A stretch of DNA of 64,000 nucleotides from the human T2T-CHM13v2.0 reference genome, Homo sapiens, in assembly GCF_009914755.1 (NCBI RefSeq), contig NC_060936.1; one strand, written 5' to 3'. Position numbers and translations under genes: made by a program. This document shows positions 27,221 to 45,321 of this stretch, one piece after another. The notes below the pieces were generated by a model that was not told where the DNA came from, did not search any database, and was given only the letters and a program-made list of their open reading frames with translations. Each line of letters starts with the position of its first letter. The first letter of the stretch is position 1.

Positions 27221-29663
27221 ATATTTGCTTAATTCCTAATTATACTTTTCCCCAGAGCCACCACTACATTAAGTCTCTCTCATTGAAAGCTTCTGTTATT
27301 TCTTTAATTTTCTATCCAAAGTCTTCTCTCACATCTGTTCTCCAAGTGCTTGGACCACAGAAGAGAAAATTAAAAGCAAACAGAAAACCACTTGGCTACT
27401 TCAAAGACATTTTATGTAGATTGATTTAAAGCCTCACTAAAGCCTTTTTTGATATTTCCGAAAGGGAAAATGCTTGTTCAGTGTAAAGGAAAACATAATA
27501 TTTTATGAAGATTATATTCTCAAGCAAGTTGGCAGTGTTACATATGTGAAACAGTTACAGAGGAAAAGATTCTGAGGGTGTAAATATCAAATAGATGGTC
27601 AGTATCCCTGTCTTCAATTCATATCACTATTACCTTTGCACAAACCTTTGCTTTGTAGGACTTGCCAACTGAAACAGCATTATCTCTGTCTCATTAACTC
27701 CCTCAATATTCAAACATTTCTTTAAAGGCTCACTAGCTCGTAGGACTTTTACTTCTCTCTTGCTTGAAAAAGGAGGAGGAGAAGAAGCAGCAGCTTAAGT
27801 AACTTGGCTGTTTTACTAGAAAGTATTCAGGAATCTAGGACTCTCAAGGCTTTTATATAAAATAATATGCTGTATTATTTCAAATACTGTGTTTACAAAG
27901 CTCATACTGCTAAAGATTAAAAGAATGTGCCGTGACAAATCTAATTCTGAGCAGGATTGCCTTCTCCAAAATAGATCAGTTGCATTGAAGTAGAACTTTT
28001 GATTTATGAGAATTAGGGCTTCCAGGGGAATTGTGTAGTACTCTATACGTCAACAGATTATTGTTTCCACTGAGAATCCCAGTGGAAGTCCAGCAAAGTC
28101 TAGGAAAAAATCTCTTGGCTTGTAATATTATTGCTTCTGAGCAGAGGTCAAGATACTTGGGCTTTTCTTCATGTAAGAGGCACTCTGCTTTTAGAGGAAA
28201 TAGGGTTTATATTGTTAGGTGCTGGTTGTTTTAATAGGAGGTGAGTGGGGGTTCCTGGATCTTTTTGGTGAGGGTGAATTTTTTTCTTCTCCTAAGGGAG
28301 AGATTCTCTTAAGTTTTGTTAAATATCTCCTGATCTTTTAGAAAACTTTACTGCTGTCCTCCCACTCTTTTTTCTTCATGAGATACATATTTATTTCCCT
28401 TTGTTTTCACCGCTAGAGTTTGGATGTTTTTATAAATTAGTGATTATAAAGTTCCAACAATTTAGTACAATTTAGCACATCATGTAGTTTTACTTGTATC
28501 TTTTTAAAAATAGTAAATAGTTGGTGAAAATAGATACTAGCCTTCTCACCATAGCATTGCACAGATTACTGCTAAATGTGGTGTTAAAATTTAAAAAACC
28601 TCAAATTTTCATAATTTGTTTTTCATTATGACAAATGATATCAAAGTGTACAGAATGTTTCATTTTTGACTGAGGTGTGAAAACCATAGGAAGATGTCAA
28701 GTAAGAGGGCAGTTCGCTTCCCATGCAGAATTTACAAAATGACAAGCTGTTCCGTGAGTCTTGTACTCTTCAGCGTGATCAAGGCCTTAAAGAATCAGAT
28801 TTGGGAGGATGAGTTGTCACAAAGGTTTTTTTTCAGAGAGCTACTGCTCTGTGGAGAGTTTCTATTCTGTTGCCTTTGGGAGAGAAATGGTCTGTTCTTT
28901 CCTCTGAAAGCTAGATGGGGAAGGCTTCAGTGAGACAACTTAGAACTTTAAATGAGTCTCCTGCAGTTGGAAGCTGTAGAGGACTCATGTCTGACTTGCA
29001 TGTGAGAAAACTAAAGCAGAGGTTGAACTGAGGTCTGACTCCTGTCTGAGAAATCTGGAGGTCATAAAAGACTGAAAGATTGCTTTATGATAAAGCTAAG
29101 AGAGGGCTGATGTGTTTTGATTTACCTGCACTTCCAGAGTCACAGCAAGAGACGTGGAGCATTTTCCATTAGCTGGATCTAGGCTACACAGGAGAACGCT
29201 AGTGTGGAGTCATTTTAGAATTTGTCCAGTAGTCACCCTCAGAGGAAAGTGTCAAGGAGAGGTCATTTGGGTCAACATTTGCACTGGAATAAAACAACTA
29301 AAAGTGCTGCATACAATAGAAAATAAATGTGTTTTTAGAAATGTAAGATTTAAAAATATAGTAAAGATCTACCAAGTTAAACTATAAATAAAAACTGGAA
29401 TCAGAACATAAGAGAATCATTTAATTCACTTTTCTCTGGGGATGTTTGTCAAATGAGTTAAACTTGAATAAAAGTGGAATAGGGTAAAGGGTAAACAAAC
29501 ACAGGGCGCACTCTAGGTGGAAGTGTAGTAGACAGCACATTTCTTATAGATCTGGGAACCCCAAGGAATGAGAAGTAATTAGAAGTAAACTAGCCTCCTT
29601 CTCCCAGTATCAAGCATTTGCTACGAACATGACCTTGATGCTTAGCAAAGCAGAAGAGGGAAT

Positions 29664-30047
29664 TGCCTTAGTTTGTTTTCTGTTGCTGTACCAGAATACC
29701 ACAGACTGGTAATTCATAAAGAAATATTTATGTCTTATAGTTCTGGAGGCTGGGAAGCCCAAGATGGAGGAGCCAGCATCTGTGAGGGCCTTCTTGCTGC
29801 ATTATAACACAGCAGAAGGCATCACATTGTGACAGAGCAAGGGCAAGCAAGCTAGAAAAAACTTGCTTTTATAAGAAACCTACTTGCATGATACTAGAGT
29901 AACCACTCTCAGACAAGCACTCTCTAATAGTGACATTAATCTATTGATGAGGGCAACATACTCATTAATTCCTTAATTCATTCATAAGGAAAGAGGGATA
30001 AAGTTTCCAACACATGAACTTTTGAGGAACACAGTCAGAGCACAGCA
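29664..30047 (-). mobile_element. MST-family (MSTC/D-like) MaLR LTR
   Basis: tgccttagtttgttttctgttgctgtaccagaataccacagactgg...tttccaacacatgaacttttgaggaacaca; TSD ggaat / ggaac. Confidence 0.8.
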
Positions 30048-30099
30048 GGAACTCTCAGAAAAGTTATAGCCACAACCTGGCTTTTGTGATTATTAAACA

Positions 30100-34880
<4,781 letters not shown>

Positions 34881-35059
34881 ATCCAGTTAGGCAAAAACAA
34901 ATCCACATAAGTGTCAGTGTTACTTTGCTACCCAGGCAATTCTATGGCATAATTTTTTTAAAAAAATTCTTTTCAGTCTGTGTTTATTTTGCAAACTATA
35001 GAATGATAGGTTTCTAGGCTTTTTAGGTGGAAGAGAACTTGAAGTTCTCTACAGCTAGC

Positions 35060-35345
35060 CATACCATCCAATATGGTAGCCACTAGCCACATGTGACTAT
35101 TGAGCACTTGAAATGTGGCTAATTAAAATGTGTATCTGGATTTCTAAGATTCAGTATGAAAAAAGAATATAAAAAATCTTATTAATTTTTATATAGATTA
35201 TATATGTAAAATAAAATGATATTTGGACTACATATATGGTTAAACCTTATTAAAATTATTATTAGCTCTACCTATTTCATTTTTTAAATATATCTACTAG
35301 AAATTTTAAACTATGTATGTAATTAATTTTATTTCTGAAAGATAA
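35060..35345. mobile_element. MER33/MER3-family DNA transposon
   Basis: tccaatatggtagccactagccacatgtgactattgagcacttgaaatgtggcta. Confidence 0.8.
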
Positions 35346-36954
35346 TGTCAATCGAGCCTATTTTATAGATAAAAACGAGTCCCAAATATAGTAAATTGCT
35401 TGCCAAAAACTAATCTATTATAATTAATACACACATTAAATCTTAAAATTTTCCTGAGGTTTCTGGATATAAGAAAAGTTCATGAGCATCACCATCCTCC
35501 AAATCTAGATTGTCATACACTTATGGTAAAATCCAAAGAATTGTTGGCCTTGCTGTAGTACAAATTTGAGTTCAAATCCCAGCAACGTAGCTATGCCACT
35601 TTCATAAAGTTACTTAATTTAATAAGGTTTTCATTCCTTTGTTTATAAAATTGTGTGATATTAGATCACTAAGCAATTGCAACAATAAAATGAGATAAGT
35701 ATGCTAGCTCTTAGTAAGGTGACTTTTAAAGAGTAAATCTTTTAAAGTGTATTTCACTTTAGTATTTATATAGGCTGCCTCTGTCAGAATTTTTCATTTG
35801 CTTGTATATTGTTTTGGGATTGAGGACTATTACTATTTGTGTTTTATTTTACTTCTACAAATGGATTCAAAGTTGCTGTAAGCAGATTTGAGGATACATG
35901 CTGACAGAAAGTTTCTAAACATGAAAAAATATTTGTATGACCGGGGTCAAATTTTAAAATCAATACTTTATAAACTGACGAGTTTTTAAGGAAGCAATGA
36001 AACTAGTTACTTTATAAATTAGTAGGGGGAAACATCAGAGCCCAGGAACACCTTTGGATAAATTTGAAAGACTAATGGAGACAAGAGAGACAACGAAATT
36101 CATGTGCTGTAATACTAACCCAATATTAGCTATTAGCTACTTGAGGTTATGCTTCTTTACATAGAATTAGAAGAAAAATAAAGAAAGAAGGATTAAAAAG
36201 ACATTCATAGATTTTAGTTTTAAACAATGAATTGAAAAAGGCAAAGAATTTCTCAATAACAACTCTGTCGAATTAAGAATAGAGTAGGGTAATTGAATAA
36301 GGTCAGGAAGAAAGTGACTTAATTTGCAGTTATGTAAGCAATAGAGACCAGCATCTTGGCAGTAAGGCTATTAATTACTATAATAACCTACTAGAGGTGG
36401 CTAGCTGTAAAATTGCTTTCCCTAAAAGGCTTTCATTTGTATAGTGTTTCATTTTGGTAGAGACATGGAATGTATTAATTGATCTCTTCCTAGTATCTTC
36501 TAGAGTGAGGACAGGGAGAACATAATTTATTCATTTACTGCTCTTTGTTGATCTCTTTACATACATTAAACCATTAATTATTACAACATAGTCGTGATGG
36601 CAGTGTTACTATGCTTTTATTTTTAATGAAAAAACTGCGATTCAGAAAATTTAATGACTTAAATTTTTTAAATTGTCTAAAATCACATCATTAGTAAGGG
36701 ACTAAACAAGGATTTGAGTTTAGTTATATTTATCTGACCTGAGGCCTATGCAGGCACTTCTGTCTTTGACAGGGGCTCCTACTGTTCGTTGGTTCATGAA
36801 TCCGTATTTTAGTATTTTGGAAGTGGAGTCCTTGATACAAATTTATACAAATGAGCTCTCCATGTGATATCATGCTGCTTTGCATTGCCCAGCTCCTCAA
36901 CACCTCACTTGGAGAACCACTGCTGCAGTTCATTAATGTATTACTTAGTTAAAA

Positions 36955-38966
36955 ATATTTTTAGTTGTTATGCATACATAAGAGTTGTAATGGATATATA
37001 ATAGTTGTACATATTTATGGGATATATGTGATATTTTGATACAGGCATACAATGTGTAATAGGAAAATCAGGGTAATTGGGGTATCCATCACCTCAAACA
37101 TTTATCATTTTTTTTGTTAGGAACATTCTAATCATTCTTTGAGTTATTTTGAAATATACAACACATTATTATTAATTATAGTCACCCTATTGTGCTACCA
37201 AACACTAGATCTTATACCTTCTGTCTAACTATATTTTTGTTCCTTTAAACATCTCCTCTTCCTCCTTTCTGCTCCCCCTCCCCACTACCCTTCTCAGCCC
37301 CTGGTAATAATCATTCTACTGTCTCTCTCCATGAGTTCATTTTTTTTTTTTTGGCTCCCACATATGAGTGAGAACATGCACTATTTGTCTTCCTGTGCCT
37401 GACTTATTTCACTTAACACAATATGCTCCAGTGCCATCCACACTGTTGCAGATGATAGGATTTGTTTACTTTAAACGGCTGTATATTTCATTGTGTATAT
37501 GTATCACATTTTCTTTATTCATTTGTTGATAGACATTTAGACTGATTCCATACCTTGGCTATTGTGCATAGCACTGCAGTAAACATGGGAGTGAGGAACT
37601 CTTTGCTATATTGATTTCCTTTTTTAAAAAAATGTATACCCAACAGTGGGATTGCTAGATGATATGGTGGCTCTATTTTTGTTTTTTGAGGCACCTCCAT
37701 ACTGCTCTCCATAGTGGCTGAATTAATTTACTTTACCATAAACAGTGTATGAAGATTCCCCTTTCTCCACGTCCTTGCCAGCATTTGTTATTGCCTGTTT
37801 TTTTGATAAATTTGTTATTGCCTGTTTTTTTTAACTTTGGTGAGATAATATCTCATTGTGGTTTTAATTTGCATTTCTCAGATGATTAGTGATGTTGTGC
37901 ATTTTTCTATATTTCTGTTGCCATTTGTATGTCTTCTTTTGAGAAATGTCTATTCAGATTTTTGCCTATTTGAAACATTGGAATATTTGTTTTCTAAATA
38001 TTGAAACATTTGAGCTCCTTATATATTCTGCTTTTTAATCTCTTGTCAGATGGGTAGCTTGCAAATATTTTCTCCCATTCTGTGCGTTGTCTCTTTGTTG
38101 ATTGTTTCCTTTGCTGTGCAGAAGCTTTTTGGCTTTATGTGACCCCATTTTTTGCTTTTTTTTCTCTGTGCTTTTGAGGTCTTAGTCAAATAATCTTTAC
38201 CCACACCAATGTCCTGGAGAGTTTCCCCAATGTTTACTTCTAATAGTTTCATAGTTTTAGGTCTAAGTCTTTAATTCATTTTGGTTTGACATCTGTGTAT
38301 GGTGAGAGATAGAGGTCTAGTTTCATTCTTCTGCATATGGATGTCCAGGTTTTCCAGCACCATTTATTGAAGAGTGTCCTTTCTCCAAAGTAAGTTCTTG
38401 GCAACTTTGTCAAAAATAAGTTAGCTGTAAATATGTGGATTTATTTCTGGGTTCTCTATTCTGTTTCATTGGTCTATGTGTCTGTTTTTATACCTGTACC
38501 GTGCTGTTTAGTTATCGTAGCTTTGCAATATAATTTGAAGTTAGGTAATGTGATGCCTTCAGCATTGTCCTTTTTGCTCTGGATAGCTTTAGCTATTCTG
38601 TGCCTTTTGTGGTTCCATATAAATTTTAGGACTACTTTTCTATTTCTGTAAAGATATTTTGATTGGAGTTGCACTGAATCAGCAGATTGCTTTGCATAAT
38701 ATGGACATTTTAACAGTTTTGATTCTTCCAATCCATGAACATGGAATATCTGCCCCTTTTTTTGTGTTGTTTTTAATTTCTTTCATCAATATTTTACCAT
38801 TTTCATTGTAGAGATCTTTTGTTTCTTTGGTTAAGTTAATTCCTGGGTATTTCATTTTATTTGTAGCTACTTTAAATGAGATTACTTTCTTGGTTTCTTT
38901 TTCAGATTGTTTGCTGTTAGCATATAGAAATTCTATTGCTTTTCATATGTTGATTTTGGGTCCTGG
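36955..38966 (-). mobile_element. 5'-truncated L1MA (~2 kb: ORF2 3' part plus 3' UTR)
   Basis: Minus-strand ORF fragments resemble L1 ORF2p ([34 protein letters not shown]...[13 protein letters not shown]); L1MA-type 3' UTR. Confidence 0.92.
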
Positions 38967-40262
38967 ACTATTAACCTTTAAATGACAAGTGTAGTAATCA
39001 CAAACAGGCTGGAACATAACTTTGATAGTCCTAAGTTTTAATATGTTATCTCAATAGACATGTAATTGGAATCGGTAGGAACTAAGCATTGGCAGAGATT
39101 AACAATTAGACTCTTTTTATTCTTCAAATTTCACATCTGCTTTGGCTTATTTGATTACTTTTTTAAATGCCCTGTACAGTCTGGGACAAGCCACAGCATT
39201 ACTCAGTCTCTCTGTAAAACAATTGTGTTTTGCAAGTTGCCTGAAATTGATTCTATCTGTACCAAGTATAATATTGGTAATTTTGAATTTGATGTTATTT
39301 TTCAGAGGGGGAAAATTGTACTGGAAGGTGGGACTTTAGTAATGTTATTTACTTTATGTTATTCACATTAGTGCTCTGTGACAGATTTTTCCCCCAAATC
39401 ACTGAGCTGTGTGATTCTATTTGGTGCATATAATTCATATTGTTACTGAAGTTTTTCCTAGCTTAATTCTGAATTTCCTAACCAACTAAATAAGCCTTAA
39501 GTACTTCTAGATCATCATAATTTCCTCAATACAAATATTAATAGGTTTTATTTTTTTAAGTTTACTGACCAGATTTCATTAGTCTTTCTCATATTTTCTT
39601 CTTTCTCAATTTCACGAGCAAATTCAGAACACATATTTTTTATTAAGTGCAGCAGAAAACTGTAGGTTTAATATATGGCCATTGTCTAGAAGACACTGTA
39701 AACTCAACTAAGATGTTTTGTGCTTTCAGATGTCCCAACTATTATTTTAAAAAATATTTTAGGCTTCAGGTTTTAAACTTATGCTGAAGTTTAAATCTTG
39801 CCATAATTCCTACTTTATTAATTCTTGCTATCAAAAATAACCAGCAGAGAGTTTGTTGCTCAATTTCTTTGAGGCATAAAGATGTGAATCAAAATTCGTT
39901 CTCAAGAGTAACTTTTAATTCTCACATTTATTCAGGCATGAATCAAAGTTTTCATTACTTCAGTGTTTCTCTTTTTGTGTTCAATTTTAGTGGCAGAATG
40001 TAAGGTAAATATTAATTAAGGATTAATTAATGTTAAGTTTAAGGATGACTTAAAATATGTGATATTTACTAGTAAAATGCCAATTTTTTTAAGATACATG
40101 CATATTTAAAATATTTAAAAGCTGTCATTTGCTTACAAGAGAAGTGTAATCTGCTTCAGGTTCTGATGAAGACATGCAATGCAAAATTATTGATTCTTTT
40201 CCTATGTGAATTTCTTCTTTGTCCTCCAGCTGTGTTACAAAAGTGAGTAAAATGGATTTTTA

Positions 40263-40398
40263 AAAAACTTTCCATAGAGACTGGTAAATTGATTTCCCCA
40301 TCTTTTAAGAGGAAATCAGAGTGACAATAGAAAAACTTTCCATAGAGACTGGTAAATTGATTTCCCCATCTTTTAAGGGGAAATCAGAGTGACAATAG
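40263..40398 (+). repeat. 68-bp tandem duplication (2 copies, 1 mismatch)
   Basis: 40263-40330 and 40331-40398: aaaaactttccatagagactggtaaattgatttccccatcttttaag(a/g)ggaaatcagagtgacaatag. Confidence 0.97.
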
Positions 40399-41062
40399 AA
40401 CAGCTTTCATCGGAGGTACTCAAAGTGCTTTGCAAACATTGTTTCATTAATCCTCACACCAATAATTGGAAAACATTATTGTCCCAGTATTTCAGGTAAG
40501 AAAAATAAAATATAGAGAGGTCTTATTGTTTCAAATCATGTGCTGAGTCAGAGATCAAGTTTATAATAGAATTTTGTCTTTTGTTTCTGCTACCAAGGAA
40601 CATTGCTGTGTTCTGTGCATTTTGATGCTAAAGAAGAAGAGAAGGCTTCAGAACAATCTCTATTATTAAAAAGTTATCCAAGGAAGCACATGGATAATGG
40701 TGATAAGCAGAAGTTACTTTATTTTCTTGGGATATAGAATGAGTAGTAGTACTGCTACTTCAACTGAAATCTAGGTAAAGAGATATTAAATTATAAAGGG
40801 AAAGGGGTAGGAAGTAATTCTAGGAAAAAGCAGCTTTGCCATCCAAGAGTTAATGAGGGTGGAGCTATTTAAACACTTAAGATGGAGACTCAAGAGTGAG
40901 TAGATGGATCTAGAGGAACAGAAAATAACACTAAATTCTGATAGTATAATTGGTGTTTAAAGAAACTGGTCTATTTATCCAGGAAGTTTCTTGTTGAAGT
41001 TGCTAGAGAAAAAATGTAAAAAGTTGTATACAAAATGATGGAAGAAGAGGTGTGTGACCAAT

Positions 41063-41464
41063 TGTCTTAGTCCATTTTGTGTTGCTGTAAATAAATATCT
41101 GAGGCTAGGTAATTTATAAAGAACAGAGGTTTTTTGGCTCATGGTTCTGCAAGCTGTACAAGTATGGCACCAGCGTCTGCTCCTGGTGAGGGCCTCAGGA
41201 AGCTTTTAATCATAGTGGAAGGCAAAAGAGGAGAAGGCATGTCACATGGTGAGAGTGGGAGCAAGAGGGAGATGGGGAGTGTGCCATACACTTTTAAACA
41301 GCCAGACCTCATGAAAAATCATTCACTATCTCAAGAACAGAACCAAGGGAATGGTGCTAACCATTTATGAGAAATCTGCTCCCATGATACAGTCACCTCC
41401 CACCAGACCCCACATCCAACATTAGGGATTACATTTGGTGGGGAAAAATATCCAAACTATATCA
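41063..41464 (-). mobile_element. MSTB-like MaLR solo LTR
   Basis: tgtcttagtccattttgtgttgctgtaa...ggtgagggcctcaggaagctt...atatccaaactatatca. Confidence 0.9.
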
Positions 41465-42717
41465 CTTTGTGATTAAGAAAAATACACTTACCTCCTATAA
41501 ATTAGCAGATTAAGGGAGATAACTGATGTAAATAGTCTAGCAAATTGTGGTTACTTAATAATTAAATAAACATTAGTTGCCATGCACTTCCTTCCCAAAC
41601 CAAGATGAATTGTATCCCAGTGAATTGCAGATTTTTGCTAGACTAGGCTAGTCACTGAAGAATCATGAAAATAAGAATGGAAATGGAGAAATGTCTCATT
41701 TTCCAAAGAAGCAAAATACAAATTAGCAAAACTGTAGTCAACAAATAAATAAAAACACGTGAAATTTTACAATACATTATTTCAAAGGTTTTCATCATGA
41801 ATATAACAGAGGATCAGTCATCTCTATTAAGCAGTGCTTTTTTATTGGCCTCTGCATTCTGCTACATCCTACAGCTAGTATGAAACACCATCTGTAGATT
41901 CAGGCCACCCCATGTCTCTAAGATCAATACTAAAATTAGATTGAATGCAGTTGATCGTCTCTAGTTTAGAACTCTGACAGTTAGTATCTAGGCAGTCCAG
42001 CCCTAATTTTGGGAACTTTGGCCTTGTTTTGTTTCATATTCTTAATTCTTTATCTTAGCAGCAACTCCTGGTATTCTGATTTTCATAGAATGATGGTTAG
42101 GAGCTGAGGAAACAATCTTGGGACAGAAAGACTGTCTCATGTCTGGAAGGTGCAAACTATTTACATAAGCAACTATAAAGGACTTAGGACCTTTCTGATT
42201 CAAGCCAGTATTATATTCAATGGGTGTGGATCGTAAGATATATATGATATTATCCATGGTTCTTTGCATCATATGGGTTCTTAGTCATAGATAGGGGAAT
42301 CTGAAAACTTCCTAAAAGCAGAGTTCATTTCTGGAGAGAAGGTCTTGGAAAAAGCTAAGGGGATTAAATTACCATTGAAATAGACTGGGTTCAATTCCAC
42401 CAGAGTTTAGGGAATAAAACCAATCATATAGACTGACCACACAGATGGTATATAGGTATGCTGTTGATCAATTTCACACATATTGGGATTGACTTCATGT
42501 TTAGGGCATCAAATGTAGGGAATATATCTCAACTATTAGTAGCTAAACTCCCAACATACTCTCAAACAAAATTCTCAAACTTGGTTTAAAGCCTGGGCAT
42601 GGCTCTGAACCTGTAGGTCGTAGACTTTTCATACACATAGCATGATTCCTAAATGCTGAATACCTCTTATGTATTGGATTCCTTTCTTACAGACTCATTA
42701 TGGGATTGGTATGATTT

Positions 42718-42806
42718 TTTTTTTTTTTGAGATGGAGTCTTGCTTTGTCGCCCAGGCTGGAGTGCAGTGGCGCGATCTCAGCTCACTGCAAGCTCCACCT
42801 CCCAGG
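42718..42806 (-). mobile_element. Severely 5'-truncated AluY (last ~78 nt plus A-tail) with 17-bp TSD
   Basis: tgggattggtat(g/c)attt at 42701-42717 and 42807-42823; gcaagctcc is the AluY-type variant. Confidence 0.93.
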
Positions 42807-42849
42807 TGGGATTGGTATCATTTCTATACCAAATATGAACTAGGTTGAA

Positions 42850-43445
42850 CGTTCCAGTTATCTCATTCTGCATAAGAAATCAACTCAGATTCAACCAACT
42901 CAAATTTATGTCTTGGAAATTTAATCCCCCATTAGTCACACATCAACCATTTTGTTACACTCATGAGTGTGTCACTTGTGTCTGCTCCACACTGTCTAAG
43001 GCTTCACTTGGGAGATCCTAGGGCTGGAGGTGACTCTTGAATGGCTGGGTTATAATTTGGAGGGTTCTTACTCATGTATCTGATAACTGGGCCAGCAGGA
43101 CTTGAAGCCTGAGCTCAGCTGTGGCTGATGATATGAATAGGTACACATGGTCTCTCCATGCGGTTTGACTTTCTTACAGCATGGCAACTAGTTCTATAGG
43201 TAATGGCCAGAGAAGAAGCACAGAGAAAGATCTGTCTGAGAACCAAGGCAGGAGATGTAGGGCTTCTTTTGATCTGGCCTCTAAAGTTATGTGGCATTAT
43301 TTTTGCTACATTTTGTTGGTTACAACGGAGTCTGTAAAACAAGCCACATTCAAAGGGAAGGGAATTTGCAAAATCATGTCGTAAAAGACCTTGTGGGGTG
43401 GGAGACATTGCTGTGGGAATTTTTGAAAAAATATCTGCCACACTA
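42850..43445 (-). mobile_element. Old MLT1 (F/G-like) LTR
   Basis: ggtctctccatgcggtttgactttcttacagcatggc...cattatttttgctacattttgttggtt...cacattcaaagggaaggga. Confidence 0.7.
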
Positions 43446-44461
43446 TACTGATTTTAGTTAGTTTGATTATTATTATTTTGGACAATGAGTTAAAGTGGAA
43501 ACATCTAGGAAAACCTGCAAGTCACTTCTTGATGCACACTTAGGCTTTTTTAGACTCATCTATGTTGGTAGAAGCGTTCAGTTGTGAGTTTTAAAATCAT
43601 CACTGCCTCTGGATATTTTTGTAAAAGCTGTAATGGTTATATACTCATATATCCTATTAAATAGAAATGTGTAAACCAGAATGCCAAATATTTTATGGTC
43701 CAGAGACAATGGATATATATGTCTACCTTTATTCCTTAATATTGACATAGAATTATTGTTATAAAAAGTCCTGTGTCTTTTTCATAGCTACAATGATTTA
43801 TTATCTCCCATCCTGAAACAATGGTTTAAAATGTTCTGGGGTTGCTGCTATTCATTTCTCATATTATATTATTAATTTTTTATCTATAGAAATGTAGTGG
43901 TTTCTTTTCAGTTGGGGTTTTATGGTTCTTAGAACAGTGACAAGAGGAGAAAATCTTGCCAATTTTGTGCTGCACCTTAAAACAATGACAAGAGTTTGAA
44001 AATTGGTTAACTTGCAGTCAGAATCACGCTGAAATGGAAAGGGGAAACGTTTATTACAACTTCCACCATTTAATTTTTGCATTCCCTACACAATCCTTCA
44101 AGTCTATATTCATTAGCTGTGAAAGAAAAGATACTGTGTTCTGGTTTATGCAGTGTCAAGTGACTGAGACATTTTGATTAACAATCTATCTTTTCAATTC
44201 TAGCGTGTGATTTACTCTTGGAGAGAAATGGATTAAGATAGGAATAGTAATTTTTATGGCTTCATAACTGAGTAATACAAAATGGTTTCATTTCAATATT
44301 ATATCTTTAAAGAATACAGAATGCTTTCATTTTATTCTTCCTGGAACAAATTTATTTCTGTGAGAGAAAGCAAATATGCGCAAGAAATAGTTGACTGTTT
44401 CTGTAACGTCTTCAGCTTCTTGACCTTCTGAGTGAAGATAAATTTACTTAGATTGGTCCTT

Positions 44462-44766
44462 TGCTATGGTTTGAATGTGTCCCTCAGAATTTATGTCTTG
44501 AAAATGTAATCCTGAATGTGACCATGTTTTTGAATAGGGCCTAATCAAAGGTGTTTAGGTCATGAGGGCTCTTTCATTATAAGAAGGGCTTGTGGGAGTG
44601 GCTTCTCATCTTTGTGCTCTTGCTCTTTCACTTTCTACTATGTAATGACCCAAGACCTTGATCATGGACTCCCCAGCCTCCAGAACTGTCAACCAATAAA
44701 TTTATATTCATTATAAGTTACCCAGTCCCAGGTATTTTATTATAGCAGCAGAAAATGTACTGAGAT
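44462..44766 (+). mobile_element. MST/MLT1A-type LTR with internal deletion
   Basis: tgctatggtttgaatgtgtccc...cagcctccagaactgt...aataaattt...ttatagcagcagaaaatgtactgaga; flanks tcctt / tcctc. Confidence 0.82.
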
Positions 44767-44887
44767 CCTCAGAGTTCTTTTGACTCTGGTCCTATCCTCA
44801 TTTCCAAACTTCTTTTAGAATCCAAACTTATTTTTATGAATTCTTCCTTATGTTAAAACTATACTTATTTATACTTTCGTGATCACA

Positions 44888-45090
44888 ATGTACATGATCC
44901 CTGACTTATGATGGTTCTATTTAAGATTTTTCAACCTTATGATGGTACAGAAGTGGAACACATTTAATAACTAGGCTAAGCTATGGTGTTTGGTAGGTTA
45001 GTATATTACATGAATTTTCAACTACAATATTTTCAGCTTATTATATGTTTATTGAGATGCAACTCCATTCTAAGTTCAGGAGCATCTCTA
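44888..45090. mobile_element. MER47-like (TcMar-Tigger) element
   Basis: ccctgacttatgatggtt...taggctaagctatggtgtttggtaggttag...taagttcaggagcatctcta. Confidence 0.75.
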
Positions 45091-45321
45091 TTTACCTTCC
45101 TCTTTACATAGGATCAAAGTGTTCCTCCGTTTGAGCTACTTTTCTTCTCTCAAGACCACCAGTCAAAAATTCTGTTCATCTCTTAAGGTGGTGTGGATTT
45201 TCTGATTCCCACTCATAACGCAGCAAGAGAAGCCTAGAAATCTGCATTTTTAACAGACAACAAAGTGATTCTGATATGGGTGTTCTCTCCACAACACCTT
45301 GAGGAACTTTAATTCATGGAT

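Noticed and set aside
40600-42690. Possible L3/CR1 remnants flanking the MSTB LTR
   Set aside because: The resemblance is too faint to support without a profile-HMM search.
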